Assembly: GCA_002104905.1 (NCBI GenBank)
Contig: MCFE01000363.1
Location: forward strand, 1-64,000
Source of the DNA: Basidiobolus meristosporus CBS 931.73
Lineage: Eukaryota; Fungi; Basidiobolomycota
Direction of reading: 5' to 3'
Length of the DNA stretch: 64,000 nt
Under the pieces are notes generated by a model. It saw nothing but the letters and a program-made list of their open reading frames with translations. It did no database searches and had not been told where the DNA came from. Positions 47,358 through 61,480 of the stretch are shown piece after piece (within the stretch, counting starts at the first letter, position 1; the number at the start of each line of letters is the position of its first letter). A program made the translations under genes and the position numbers.

Positions 47358-49983
47358 CGTTTGTATGTATATTTAAAACTAGCAATATTGAACCAAAAGG
47401 CCCTGGTGGATTAGTCTCACTTTAAAGGAAGTAATAAATGTACTTCAAATACGAAGGGTAGTGCCAATCAAAGGAATTTCACTCAGAAAAACCACTTAAA
47501 GTGCGTTGGCCAACTTGCACTGAAAACAAGCTCCCAAGAGGAATAGTAACCTTGACTGTCAAAAACAGGGGAAAGCAGTAAAGAAAGACAGTTGAGGGAT
47601 AAGATTCAGCAAGATCAAGGATAACTCTGAAGTATGGCCTTGGGTGGGGCGAGGGGGCTTTTACTGCATATACGCAAATGAATGTGGAACTAGAATTAGG
47701 GGTTGGAGGGGCATGGTTCATAGTTTCATAGAAACTTAGGTAATCTCGTATGCTCAGAATTAAATTCCCGGTACCCCACTACACCCCCGCGGTGAGTGAA
47801 TGGCTTAAGAGCACACTGAAATTGATATGACTGCTTCAACCATGAATATGGACCTATCCCTCCAAATTGAGATCCATACGAAGCATGAATCAATCCGATG
47901 TTATAAGGGCGTTACAGGATGGTGGCTTGAAGGTGGATATAATGGAGATTACTGCAGAGTTCCCAGAAGGAGGATAATCATTGTACAAGGACACAATCAG
48001 ACGTCTAATTTTATTCATCAATTGCTGGCCAGTTTTGTACGGCGCAATATAATCATATTGGCTAATATTCAGGATTCCACTCTTGTAGTCGGACCAAATG
48101 CCTCAAGATGGAAGTTACCACGAAAGCTGGATGACCCAAAGCAATTTTGTACATCAACCTTTTGCAGATCTGTGCACACATACTACACATAAATAACACG
48201 ACCAGTACGAACCTGGAGAGCCATTTCGAATTGTCAATCAGATTAATAAAGCCTGAACTACCCTGTAGACATCTGTACCGAACATTGCTCTATAGAGATG
48301 CTTTGTTGCGGATGGACTATTTCACGAACGGTCGGGGTTCAAGAAAGGGTTGCCAGTTTGACCCCCTGTATCCATAGTGAACAAAAGAATGAGAGCTACA
48401 ACACACTCGGTTGAAACCCATAACCAATCAACGCCGATAGTTGAGATTCGAAAGCAGCTGAACTGGCTTCACTTTCCCAAGCAACGTCGAGTACTGATTC
48501 CAGCCAACAGGCCGCACTCACCTTGTGATCCTACGCAGAAAATGACCCTTGAGGCTCATCACCCCTTGAATAATAGCACCCACTGCACTAATATGGTAGC
48601 AAACAAATGCCCAATGACGCCTTGATGAGGCTCTAGTGTACCTACAGATTAAGCAAGATATAAACAGCAATGCCGTTACGGAAACAAACAACCAATAAGC
48701 AGCAATGTACTCGAAAATGGATATAATATACAGCAATGGTATTGAGTCTTGGACACCAGGTATGATCATACATCAACACGTGTTTCATCGGGAGGGTTAA
48801 AGCACAAATTTATCCGTAGCACGCAGCACAATTCCGCTAATAGTTGTCTTGATGATCAACATCATGCACCGCAAACTCCTCGTGGAAAGGTGCCAATGCG
48901 GAAACACCCAATGACGGCCAGGAAGTATTAATCTCCATCCTGGGCCACCACTGCCTCTCATCTAGCCGTGGTTCTGCAGCGAATGTCTTCACAAAATTAG
49001 TCAGATTACTGCGAATTAAATTCCATCGTGACTATCTACCGCTGAATCGGGGTTACTCTGTAGTAATGGACTGTCAGAGGCCATAACCACAGACAGCCAG
49101 CGAACTACTCAAGATCAATATATGTATTTAAGGGCCTGCTCTCACCAAATTAGATCTGTAACGTAGTGCATATCACATACATAGATGTGGCCGTCGGCTA
49201 GGAGAATATCTACAGAATGCGGTTAGCATAGCCAGAGACCTTGTCCAGCTCTGAACCTATGTGAACGATGTTGCGTGATCCTTCGGCTTCACTAAATCCA
49301 GACTTGCGCAAAATTTTCTTGTAGACGGCGCCTATTTTTGATTACATCATTCCCATGGGATGACTCTTCGACTGTTAATTAATAGGCCATCTACTCACAA
49401 ATCAACGAATCCTCACTTTGGCCAAGTAATCAACAATGCATCATCACATCGGATCAACAAGTGTCGGTGATCATTTTTCAAGTTACCAATCTTCAAGTCA
49501 GAGCTTCGAAAATTTCCTTTCTTGTGTCATGCTCCAAGCTACGGATGCCATTAGTAATAGAGGAAAAGATGTGTTATTGGATAGAATGGCACCATAATGG
49601 CAATCCGAAAATCAACCCAAATCGCCTGGAAATTATCCTGTTCTACCACTCTTTAATGGTTACACGGATCAATCGAAGCCCAGATAGAGCATTCATTTTT
49701 GTTTTTGCACGGCTCATCCTATGACATTCTCTATTCTCGTGCTCATCAACCCGGAGCACGATTTGTCCAGGACGGATTAGAAAATTCCGAGAGTCTGAGG
49801 TGGCGGCCAACTGCTAGGTGCTATTTAACTGATGGATATTCACATCAACACCACATTGTTGCTGTCCTGTCCATTGCCTTGATAGTCATTTTAGAGGTTA
49901 ATACACCATCATAACCCTTGCCTGAATTCCAACCTACATTTTGATATCCCACACTACCAGTTCGTAAACTAAGCTTCAATTAT

Positions 49984-51070
49984 ATGGGAAATCGCTTACT
50001 GCAAATTAAACTTATAGAGCCATGCCTTACCATGCATGGCTCCTCAGAGGATTCCACTGGCTGTGTTCTCCGGGGCACCGTAGTTCTAAACCTCAAGAAG
50101 CCGCTCAAAGTGAGGTCAATTGGGCTCCGTCTAAAAGGAGCGGTAAATTTCAAACTCGCATCAGGTATAGTTTCACTACCGTCTAGCTCTTGACCTGGCC
50201 TTGGGTACTAACATATTTGCCCGGACAGATTTATGCCGTAAAAAGGAAACCATCATTAAATACAAGTGGAGTATCCTTAAGCCTTCCGACCACATATATA
50301 CACTTGGGTGCAAGAGCCACCTGTTCGATTTCGAGATACCGCTTGGTGGAGATCTACCAGAAAGCGTAAAGACAACTCATGGAAGTATCTCTTATAAATT
50401 GACCGCCTGGGTAGAGCGACCAGGTTTCAATCACGATATTAAGACGAGCATACCGATTATGATCCAGCGGCTGCTCTCACCACTTTCATGTAGTTATCAG
50501 GATCCACCAACAACATCAATCTCTGGGGTCTGGGCTTCGCGGTTCTTCTATGAAGCAGACATTCCCAATTACCTCTATTCTCCTGGCGAGAGTATTCCTG
50601 TGGTGTTCAAGTTTGATTCCTTGGACACTTTTGTCCAGGTGGAAAAGGTGATCTTGGATGTGGTGGAGTACACTGTATATAAGCGGGCTATAGAAAATCC
50701 TTTTGTGCAGAACACCCAGTATTGCAACACCATCCAAGAGTTTGCGGAACCTATGGGGACGAGCTGGTCAACCTCTTTTAAACTGCCCCTACCACAAACA
50801 ATTCAACTGGATTGCGAGACGAAGTATATCGAGGTCAACCACATTCTCCTAGCTCGGCTGTTCCTTAGCACAGCGGAAGGGTGCACTGTGGAGTCCTTCC
50901 AACTTCATTTTCCTATCATGATACGCCCAAATGGAGAAACACAAACCCTTACGGATGTTCCTCCACCAGACTATAGCCATTTCGCCCCACCCATCTACGA
51001 TGGAGCAAATTGTGCACCAACGCTTGCACCAATGCATCAAGCCTCCCAGTATGAAATATGTAGCTATTGA
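49984..51070 (+). CDS. Arrestin-domain protein (alpha-arrestin/ART-type adaptor)
   Basis: Exon 1 49984-50164 (LRGTVVLNLKKPLKVRSIGLRLKG), intron 50165-50228, exon 2 with FDFEIPLGGDLPESV, GSISYKLTA, YSPGESIPV and C-terminal PPPDY (PY motif). Confidence 0.9.
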
Positions 51071-51179
51071 TGTGAGCAAATGATGAAAACCATGTCAAGT
51101 GGAATACTTGGACCCCCCCCATCAGGTTGATTTTTAGCATTTTCTATTTTTGTAATATAGCATTCTGCTCGTCATGTAT

Positions 51180-51900
51180 ACATTTGATCAGTTCCTACTC
51201 CAAACTCAGGATCGACTGCAGCCACCACAAAACCCTCAAACCGCGAAAATTACATGCGTAAATAAACCCGAGCCATGGCTGTTGCAAGAGATCGGTGCCA
51301 CAGAACTGGCAAGCACATGTTGAGGGAGTAGGGAATCTCCAATACTCGCTGTGCAGCATTAAAAGAAATGGGTTGAATAGGGATTCGTTTAATGAGTGGC
51401 CACGGTGCAATTCATCCAATAGGCCACGAGGCAGCCAACTTCACACGATACCGCCGAATTAGTTTCAAAAATTCGAACACTTCCATTGACACCGTGCAAC
51501 CTTGGGAAAGTTCCATGTTCGAGGTATCGACGAAGCACCGCCAGTAAGCCGCCTCAAATCGGTTTCCCGGATGACATACAAACAATGAATCCCAAAGCGT
51601 GTCCGGGATTATCTCACCGCAAAACCGTTCACACCGTCGCTGAGAGCTTCTCTGCGGTGCAAGGAAGCTCATCTACTGGTTGGATTGGTGTAGATAGCCT
51701 GATGTCTGCTGCAGATAGGTTTCAGATGGACCGGCTCTCTCCGTACTTGATGCGGATGATAGCCCGGCATGGCATCCCAGCACCACCACCTGGCTAGCCT
51801 TGCTGATGAAATTCCGGAAATGAGTGTTGCATGGTGGTAGTACTGATCCCGAATGGATCCAACGCCGATGGGTAAAATCAATATCTGGCGTGGCGGATCA
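51180..51900 (-). pseudogene. Possible degenerate ABC1/UbiB-family atypical kinase fragment
   Basis: Stop-interrupted frame containing LFVCHPGN, LKLIRRYRVKL and FEGFVVAAVDPEF, which resemble the ABC1 HADPHPGN and C-terminal EG...LDP.F motifs. Resemblance only. Confidence 0.3.
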
Positions 51901-52793
51901 TGAACACGATCTTGATTGGAGTCTGTGTTGCTTCCCATTCCGGTCGCTTTTCAGACACAGACCTCCACCCACACCCGAGGGATGCCCCGAGTGTTTGGTA
52001 AATAGCCGGATTTCCTCAGTCCGCTGGTGAATTTCAGGTTCATCAAACCCATATTCCGAACTAGCCTATCTCGAGGCCATCAAAGTGCTGGCATGGAATT
52101 CCACATGTGTGCTATGATGTTGATTCTAGGCCGGGGAAGTGTGTATTAAACAACTACTGGCAACACTAGGTATTGAGCATCTAACTGTACGTCTGGCAAG
52201 TATTTACTGCATAGTATGATTTTGTATATTCTTTGGGGAAAAACTTGAAAATCCTAATTCTGGTTCATAATACCAATGTGTTGGATGTAGTTCCTTAGTT
52301 ATATAGGGTAGGAATAACTTGTCCCAAGAGAACTTCAGTAGTTGTGCATTGGAATGGTGTCCCCAGTACATTATTTTAGCTTGCCTAGAGCTCCAAATTT
52401 CATATATCGCAGACAACAATGATTACCAACCTGTGATAGAAATTGTGAGCTGTTGGGTGATTTACTGATATTTCGTATCCAAATTTTCAAACCTTCAATA
52501 AACCGCTTAATCTATGTGCACATTACCTACAATACTCATACAACTGTATTTATGCTCCCTTCATAGTCATGACCTGCATATGATCCTGATTTATCAAATC
52601 AATAACAAAATATACAACACTAACTGGCACTGTGATCAATGACACATTGGAACATGTCTAATATTGTACAAACTAAAGCTTCAGTAAATAGTGTATGATA
52701 TAGTAATAAGTAGAGTGGAGTATCTGGGCATATGACTGATTTAGGTACAATCAGAATGCACATAGCACTCCCACTCAGCTAAATTATACATGT

Positions 52794-53125
52794 TGTTGTA
52801 AAAATTCGTATTTCCACCTAAATATTCACCTAACTTAGTCACTTAGATCATTACCTTCATATCCTAGAGAATACTGACCAAATTCCTTGCCGGGATTTAC
52901 TTAGAATATTTACCCAGAACATGAAAATTAGATAAGTTGTCCAAACAGCCCCAAACTTTGGACACATGTTCTTGGGACCTTCCTTAACCTATTCTATGTG
53001 TGTGTAATGCCAAGACCATGTAAAAGTATAAATACAACTTTTACAATCAATAAATCATCAAGTGAAAACCACATAATCTACTTGTCCTCCCAATCACTTC
53101 CAATATCTCCAAGACTCTTACAACA
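52794..53125 (+). mobile_element. Solo LTR (same family as 54122-57435, opposite orientation) with 5-bp TSD
   Basis: TGTTG...CAACA termini flanked on both sides by CATGT (52789-52793, 53126-53130); reverse complement is similar to 54122-54470 and 57447-57791. Confidence 0.8.
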
Positions 53126-53649
53126 CATGTAATGTGGTATATACTACTTACAGTTACATGTGTGTAATTAACTAACCATTATAACCATAGGCTCATACTA
53201 AACTGATGTACTATTCTCTTAGCTCTAAGCTTGCATGAAAGGTTTACTATTACATATACTCTTAATATACCTGCTAGAAATTATGACAACATGTCCCTGC
53301 AAAAAAATAAACAAGAGGCCTGTAGAATACTATTGTGATATCAGCTGAATTCTAAATATATCTAAGTTTACAACTCTCTATATGTCAGGTATTTGCTATA
53401 TAGTGGAAATTCACACATATTTTCTCAGGAGGAAACTAGGCCAGATAGCATTCATGCTAAACTTGGTTACAAGTTAGTCACTACTTCCACTAAGCATTAC
53501 AACAAAAAATATAAGCAAAACCGCCAGCTGAGTGCCAAAAAATATTATCTAAATACTAACAGAATAGCAATAGATTATAAGATGAGTTATCAGTATTGGA
53601 TATCTTATAGAGTACATTGATATCAGCCTACAACTATCTAGATTAAAAC

Positions 53650-53760
53650 TGTTGCATGAGCTTTGGATATATTGGAGGTCATTGGGAGAATAAGTAGATT
53701 TTGTGTGGAGGTAGAAAAGTGTAACACCATTTGGTGAATTTATGTGGTAGCATTAAACTT
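53650..53760 (-). mobile_element. Truncated LTR fragment, same family
   Basis: Starts TGTTGCATGAG..ATATTGGAGGTCATTGGGAGAA, like the other LTR copies. Confidence 0.5.
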
Positions 53761-54470
53761 GTTCTGCTGAATAGTGTCACATTGTGCCACAAGTGCCAAA
53801 TAGTGCTACAGTGTGCCAGTGGAGCAGAGCAGACCTATACCTAGTCACACATTGTGAAACATAGTTTTAGATCTATATGCAATGTAGCCATTGTGTTACA
53901 TCAGCCATAGTGGAGAAAAATCATTTTTTTGACTTTTTTTGGGGTTAACAGTGGGCTCAATATGCCAAAGCATAGCAGAACTGAAGGCATGCATTCAGTA
54001 CTTACTCATGCCCAAAGTCTAGATGCCAGGGCTCTCAGTAGACCACAAAAATGCATGGCACTATCTTGGTCCACTAGTACTATCTAGCACTATGAAAAGG
54101 TATAAGTCCTAGAGTAATACTTGTTGCAATATTCTGAGGAGTATTGGAAGTGATGTGGAGAACTAGAGGATTTACATGTTATTCACTTGTAGATTTATTG
54201 ATCAAAAGTATGGTATTTATACTTTTGATAAAGTAGAGGAAACAAACGTGTAGAGTTTGTTAAGGAAGGTCCCAAGAATACGTGTGCAAAGTTTGGGGTC
54301 TTTTGGACAACTTTGAGAAAAATAATAATCTGGGTACCTGACAATTTGGTGAAAATATTCTAAGTAAATCCCGACAAGAAATCTAGTCAGGACAGAATGC
54401 TAATCACAGAATAAGATCTATGTGACTAAGTTAGCATGAATATTTAGGTGACAATTCAATAATTACAACA

Positions 54471-54481
54471 CTCCCACTCAA
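54471..54481 (-). other. Polypurine tract
   Basis: TTGAGTGGGAG on the minus strand, immediately before the 3' LTR. Confidence 0.6.
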
Positions 54482-57074
54482 CAAAATATTCATGAGTAAT
54501 AAATACATATAGTGAGTGTGCAATCTGTAATAAGCGTATAAGATTTAACTGTTTTGCATACTGGACTAATATATTATCCAAAGGTGTATGCATTTGTGTT
54601 CAACTTAATAGAACAAGTAACTTGGAATTCAGTATGCATATCTACTTAGTAATATGCCTAAAAATCTGAATGATCTGATCATAATACTAATCATCAGCTT
54701 TGATCAGTTGTACGGGCTTGAATAATAAGCTGAGTCTAATTGACAGATCGTAATAATGGTATATAGCCTCTGGGCTATCCAATGCTTCTTATTTGAGCAA
54801 AATTGACCCACTTTTGGTCAAGTTAAGGTTTTGTCATTTACGGCAGATCTGGAGTTTCCTTATTTCCGGCCAACAGTCTAATCCATTTAGACAACTTCAC
54901 TGTGTGTCCATATTAGGCTCAGGGACAGTTACTTCCATCATATAGATGCTATATGAGGTAAAAATAGTGACCTACTTTGGGTCAGGTTAAGGTTTTGTCA
55001 TTTACGCCTGATCCGGATTATCCTTGTTTCCTGGCACTGTGGCACATATAACATGGCCAAAAAAAGAAGGTTTTTGCTCAACTCTGAGCTGGGATGGCCT
55101 GCTCCCACTTGAACCACGTCTGTTTAGTGATTTAGATCCACAAATATGATCTAGAATGGTCATCTTTGTCTTCTTTAAATAGCAATAACTTTCTTTGGAC
55201 TGATTACTTCATATGCGGTAGATCCAAAGTCCATTTGCTTCTTGATTTACCCAGTTTGGTATTGGACAACACCATGGGTTGTTTGGTAGCTATTCTTAGA
55301 GTGCTTCTACTGATTTGGATTGATACAGCTGCTTTTGTCTTATCAGAATATACTTGTAGAATAGAGATTGGCGCTTTTCCAGAAGTGAGATTCTCCTTAA
55401 CAAGGGCTTTGATTATCCTTATTCTCCTGATAGTTATTTTCAACCTTGAGCTCGGTTTCCAAGGCTAACTGATCTTCTCAGTGTCTTCAGAATTCATAAA
55501 AACCATCTGGTTGATCCTTGCACCTTTTTCTTTCAGCTCCATAGACAGCAGACATCAAGACTTCTGCACTAAATAATCTGTTCCAATATATACTACAATA
55601 TCTAACAGATCCTGTTGAAGTTTCAAGGCTCTTCTGGGGTTTCTAGCTTGAGAACTTCGTACAAGAGGCTCCATAGAACATATCTGCATTGCCAGATAGT
55701 CCAAATATGGCCTACATAAGTTTTGGCACCATTTGGGAAGTACCCTAGTTTGCGGTAGTAGTATTTTCCATTTTTTCTTCTTTTCTTTTTCTGCTGATGA
55801 CCCAGGGATAATTCCTTTTGTGGGGTGGTTCTGGACTTCCTTGCAGGTGGGACCACGGTGTTTTTGAGCACAAGAGTCTCCATGACATCATTGTTCCAGA
55901 ATATCTGACTATTTGAGAGTGAAATAATCAAAATCGGCATCCACTTAGATCATTCATAACTTTTGATAGAGTTGACCAAATTTGATCAAATAAACTGCAT
56001 TTGATAGCTAGCTTCATCAATACTTCGGTATCAGACTCCAATATATCAGTATTTTTGAGTTGCAGAACTTGGCGGTGACTTGATCAATCAAAATTCTTCT
56101 GATCTGATCCAGAGAAGTTAAATATCACCAAGTGTTTTCTCCCACTGTAATAAGTGATATATATATAACAAGTATAAAGTACTATGTTATCTTCTGAGTG
56201 GCTCTTAGCTGTGTACTGACCAACTGTTGCTTGGTTGTATACTCCAATCAGGCTTGCAATTATATGCTTCACTCCTTTGGCTGGCGGTAAAATCTTCATT
56301 AGTTGATTTTGCTAAATTTGTATAATACTTTCTCCCACTGTTTTGAGACTTAAACAGAGTGATAGCACGTCTAACAGCTCCATATTTAGCTCCTGGTACA
56401 CTGGTTTCAGTATCAAAACACTTGATACAATTATAGCATTCTTCTAATGGATTGTGTAGTACATATCCGTACTCCAGGTGGATATATATGTATTATATAT
56501 CATTGGGATCCTTACAATTCAGGAAGCTTGTTTCTGAGATCTTTTTCCATCTGTAGATAGTACAGAATGGCGGCTAACAGCTCCAGTATTTGCATTCTCA
56601 GCTGTATTTTGAGTGGCAACAGATTTTTGGTAAAATCCTCCTCCGGCAATCATTTAATAATGATCTATTTTTTTTTTTTTTGCAATTCAGGATAATATCC
56701 TATCCAAGAGCTCGTCTAACAGTCAATTGGGGTCATATGAATACATATTGCAGTATATTTCATTGTAGATCTGGACCCTCAATTGCTGGAATTACGCAAT
56801 TTTCTTCAGTAGTGGTAGAGCACCAACATACTATATTTCTTGACACAATTACATGCCAGTTTGATTGACTCTTCTTCATAACTAACTTGGATAGTTACTG
56901 AAGGCATCTTTTGAAGGCAAGGCCTTCTTCTCCACAGCAATATCCTCATAAACATAGTCCTTTAGCAGCGGTAGTCTTCTTTAACCTTAGCGGAGCAATA
57001 GTGCGGAAAGTCTTTCTCCAGACTAGCAGAAAAGGATCCAAAGCATAGTAGACACCAAGAGGACAGCAAGCTCG

Positions 57075-57086
57075 GGGCTCATAACC
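57075..57086 (-). other. Primer binding site GGTTATGAGCCC (internal half of initiator tRNA-Met type)
   Basis: Directly abuts the 5' LTR; matches the Ty5/copia-type PBS as I recall it. Confidence 0.75.
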
Positions 57087-57446
57087 TGTTGCAATATTCT
57101 GAGGAGTATTGGAAGTGATGTGGAGAACTAGAGGATTTACATGTTATTCACTTGTAGATTTATTGATCAAAAGTATGGTATTTATACTTTTGATAAAGTA
57201 GAGGAAACAAACGTGTAGAGTTTGTTAAGTAAGGTCCCAAGAATACGTGTGCAAAGTTTGGGGTCCTTTGGACAACTTTGAGAAAAATAATAATCTGGGT
57301 ACCTGACAATTTGGTGAAAATATTCTAAGTAAATCCCGACAAGAAATCTAGTCAGGACAGAATGCTAATCACAGAATAAGATCTATGTGACTAAGTTAGC
57401 ATGAATATTTAGGTGACAATTCAATAATTACAACAATACTCACATG

Positions 57447-57791
57447 TGTAGTGAGAGTCCTGAATATATTGGAAGTGATTGGGAGAACAAGTGGATTATG
57501 TGGTTTTCACTTAAGGAATAATTGAATGTAGAAGTGATATTTATACTTCTATATAGTCTTGGCAGAAAAAACCCTTTGTATAGGCTTAGAAAGGTCCTAA
57601 GAGCATGTGTGTAAAGTTTAGGGCTTTTTGGGCAACTTTCAGAAATCTCATGCTCAGGGTACCTGATTTATAGTAAAAATATTCCATGCAATTCCCAAAA
57701 AGGAATTTGGTCAGAGTTTACTAAGATTTGTAGGTAATGATCTAAGTGACTCAGTTAGGGGAATGTTTAGGTACAATTACAAATCTTTACA
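57447..57791 (-). mobile_element. Older solo LTR of the same family
   Basis: Full-length diverged homologue, flanked by ACATG on both sides. Confidence 0.7.
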
Positions 57792-57999
57792 ACATGCTGT
57801 TGCCCTCAAATCTTGTGCATATCCTGCTGGAACCTTATTGTCAGCAATCACAGATATTTCAAGCTAAGATTATGTAAATGAAGCAATATCAATTTTGCAC
57901 TTTATATATCATTAAGCGCAAGAAACATAGTCCCCCTATTCTCCCAGTCACTTACAATGTGGTCAGGACTCTCAAAACAGAAAACAATGATAACTTTCA

Positions 58000-58300
58000 T
58001 ACCTTCACTGATTAGAAGAATTGGTCAATATCTTGCCATCCAAATCTCAAGTGAACAATCCATTGCTTGGCAATAAGTCACAATGAGTCCCAAGGTATTC
58101 AAGTAGTGGCAGCAACAGCTTAGCATGTATAACAGTAGGCTATGTTCTTTGTTTGGAATGGAAAATACTGTGCAAACTCATTGCTGCAAATCCAGTGTAA
58201 TAATCCAGGAGGCTTATGATACCTTAGTCTGATAAATAATAGTTGAGGCTCCTAGCCTTCTAAAGGAATGACCAGTTTGCATACTGAAAGGTGCCTAAGT
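58000..58300 (-). pseudogene. Possible retroelement integrase-core remnant
   Basis: Degenerate frame DYYTGF...LEYLGTHCDLLPSNGLF loosely resembles rve D-x-x-S/T..G.P..SDNG.F. Confidence 0.25.
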
Positions 58301-58630
58301 GACATTCAGGACAAACATAGTAGGAATCAGCTACATAGGCACATATATATTGATATCTGATGAATCAGCATGCAATGTGAGGAAGAAGCAATAGCCATTA
58401 ACAAATTGGAAAGTCTGAGTATACTGTGTATTTGCAACCAGTAGAAAAAGAAGAGACATAGGACCCATTAGTAGGGACTTAGGGAGCATCAGTTCTGGGA
58501 TTTGCAATCAAGGTTTTTGAATGCCAATTAAGCAATCATATTGTGATAATACTCTCAGTATATGTCAAAGTGTCTGTGCCTTTAAAACACGGAATCTGAG
58601 CTCTGTGATGGTATTTTGATAAGTTCCATA

Positions 58631-58810
58631 TGTTGTAGTATATATGGAGTACTGGAAGTGATCTGGAGCACTACAGGATTCTTACCAAATACCATTACTT
58701 TTATCAGGAGTTCTAAAATAGTATATCAAGGTTAATCAAGTGGTGCACATATAAAACATGTTGTGAGAGTGGTCTCAGGAAGTGACTTGGGGGCCTTTGG
58801 GTAAGCTTGG
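58631..58810 (-). mobile_element. Truncated LTR fragment, same family
   Basis: TGTTGTAG..TACTGGAAGTGATCTGGAGCACTA resembles the LTR start. Confidence 0.5.
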
Positions 58811-60039
58811 GGCGCCTCAATAACTTCCACGCTTCAATTAATGCTTCAGTTATCTAGCATCTTACCAGCCAAATCCTAAGCAAATAGCCTGTAGCCTAGT
58901 AATCAGCAGAAACAAATTTTGAGGTATATGAATAATCTGGCTATATATTGATAACAATAAAGAAGTCAGTGATGTGCCAACTAAAAAGACTGTCTGTTGG
59001 TTGGAGTATATAGCTGTAATGGTAACTGACATGATAGTACAGAGTTCAGCTAATGACAAAAAATACCCCCGGAGGTGTTGTGCACATTTTAGAGTTTTCT
59101 GGATGAGCTCAAAAATCTCAACAATCTTTGGGACTTCACTAATTGAAAGAACTATTGTATATAGTAAAACTAAATCAGAAATAACTCGTAGTTTAGCTAT
59201 ACACTCAAAAAAAATCTTAGAGTATATGAATAGTTTAGGCGAAAATTAAATAGTAAAGAATCTCATCCTAATGATGGTATAAATTTTGTATTGCTTTGGA
59301 AAGCTAGTAAGTGGCTTATTTTTCATATTTTGCCTAGGAATAGTGTATATTATAGCCAATACATTTCATGCAGTATTACGCTTAAAGGTGGACCTTAATT
59401 CGCACTTCTGAAATGCTGTATGTTTAATCCAATTTAGGTTTTGTCCGATTTTCATATGGTATTCTGATAGTGTCTATCAGTAATTTCTGAAGGGATGTTT
59501 AGAGTTAATCCGATTTCCGACATTTGAGATCCGTCTGTAAGCTTTCATCTTTAAGCATAGTAATAATACCCTGAATTTCCAAACATTGTAGCTCTGGACT
59601 TTCACGGTATAACTTTAACAATGGAGATATACTGAGCTATATTTATTTCATATTAGTAAGTAGGCAATACGGGCAAGGGCTCATATAGTATAAATTTCCA
59701 AACAACTATATTGCGAGCACTGAAAATGCCAATGAAATTGGCGGCATTATCCAAAAATGAAATTGCAGCATGGTTTTCACAATCCATTAGAGGTTTATGT
59801 TCGAAGTGAGTGAAGAGAACCAAAAATATATACAAACCAATATAAATTTTAATAGTGCTCGAGAATTCAATAATTACGAACAATCGTTCATATGGGAATT
59901 CAATTCAACCTTCAGATGATTCAGAAGTACATTTTGAGCTAACAAACTGTATTGTTGATCATTGGGAGGTGCGAGAATGTAAAGGTAAACACTGTCCCGA
60001 CCTTGGTTGGGAACTGAGAACCCGGCATATTCTACATTC

Positions 60040-61480
60040 TATATCATGTTTAACATATGGCAATTAGTACCGCTTATTATTAATGCTTTCCCATTATGAG
60101 GAAGGTGAAGGCAGAGGTATTGTACAGATTTACAACACCTTTGCTGATATCTACGCATAAGCATACATTTTTCAATGCCTAAGCCAATAGCCGATGGAAT
60201 GCCCGGTGGCTGGCTCAGAAAACCCATAGACCTGCGGGTATGATTCCGTATTTTTGAACCTTTGAAGCTCTTCAAACTGACATACTCTTATGCTCACTTC
60301 AACAGGTGAATCAGATAGCAGCACACATGAGCTCGCAAGTCCTAAATATATCTTTTGCACCAGACTCCAGATCTTTTCCCCTTGAGAATTTCGTTGTACA
60401 AATACCTTCTGCTGGTAAAAACTATCATTTTTTTTGGCTGCGGTTGACAAAGAAATTCCGATTTAGTGAGAAATCATTGCTTTTACCAATCATATGGAAT
60501 TTTGCAGTGCATCTGTTTGCTAGATCTATGTATGCTGCAAATAGCGCAAGAGTTTTACCATAGACATGGCGAATATTGGGGGTTTGTGGTACAAACGGTA
60601 GCTTTCTGCAAAGAAGTTAATTAGCATGGCTTTCAGAATATTTCTGAATTGATGGGAAGGTTGGCCCAACAGCATCTAGCACAAAGTCATCATTTTCAAA
60701 TATTATCCGCGCCTCAGAAATTTGATGCTATTTATGGACTGACGTCAGACGCATCTTGGCCTGTATGCTTGCAGCTCATATTATAGCTGAGTAGATGATA
60801 TTGGGCATAGTACGGAATTAAAAGTAATACTTGGTTTGTATTTCTTTCCTTCGAGCCGAGCGCCTTCGCTATACATAACCGCTGGCCTGTGGCACAAAAA
60901 TGCTCAGAAATGTATTACTGCGACTGGGGTACTCTCTTGCTATTTGCACTTTGGATTAAAGCGGCCTAATGATCTCACTGGGCACTATACCCTTGCTGGC
61001 AATAAATCGCCCGCAAGGGATTGAATGGAAATTTTACAGTCTTTTGAATCTACAGCAATCCGGTCTTAAGCTAATAGAAACAATTCCGCCGAATATGCTT
61101 AGATATCAGCCCAGGTTGATGCATATGAAAACGATGTTCTACCATACATATGCTGCAATCTTGTATAAGATAGATGCAGAAGCAAGAGGCCCGTTGCGAG
61201 ATCTTCATATATGTGTACCAACAGATAGGAGATGTCCGGATAAGTCGGAAAGCTTGCATCTTTGAGGCGTTACTTCGAATCAAATGACACATGCCGAATG
61301 ATTCGTAAGGATCTCTCGGATGGTTTCTGACTAATATCAATGTACGATTAGGTAATTTTCCCCTCACTTTCAACAGATAGTAAGCGCTTTTGGACTTGGG
61401 GAAGCCTTTTGAAATGTGAACTTTGTGATTCACGTAAAATTCCGCATTAAATTGTTCTGCAACATATGGAAATATCAATG
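60040..61480 (-). pseudogene. Degenerate coding region of unknown family
   Basis: Long near-open minus-strand frames (61478-61071; ~60720-60430 with one stop; 60450-60172 after an A-run frameshift); no recognised motif. Confidence 0.3.

Larger units (their letters stand above)
54122..57435 (-). mobile_element. Ty1/copia-type LTR retroelement, internally degenerate (non-autonomous)
   Basis: Near-identical 349-bp LTRs (54122-54470, 57087-57435) with TGTTG..CAACA ends; 5-bp TSD ATACT (54117-54121, 57436-57440). Minus-strand PBS GGTTATGAGCCC and purine tract TTGAGTGGGAG. Only stop-riddled minus-strand frames inside. Confidence 0.88.

Noticed and set aside
47827-48931. Cluster of short ORFs between the kinase and arrestin genes
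   Set aside because: No motif or consistent frame; cannot be called.
59372-59568. MITE-like short inverted repeat (TATTACGCTTAAAG / CTTTAAGCATAGTAAT)
   Set aside because: Short, imperfect, AT-rich, and no clear TSD.
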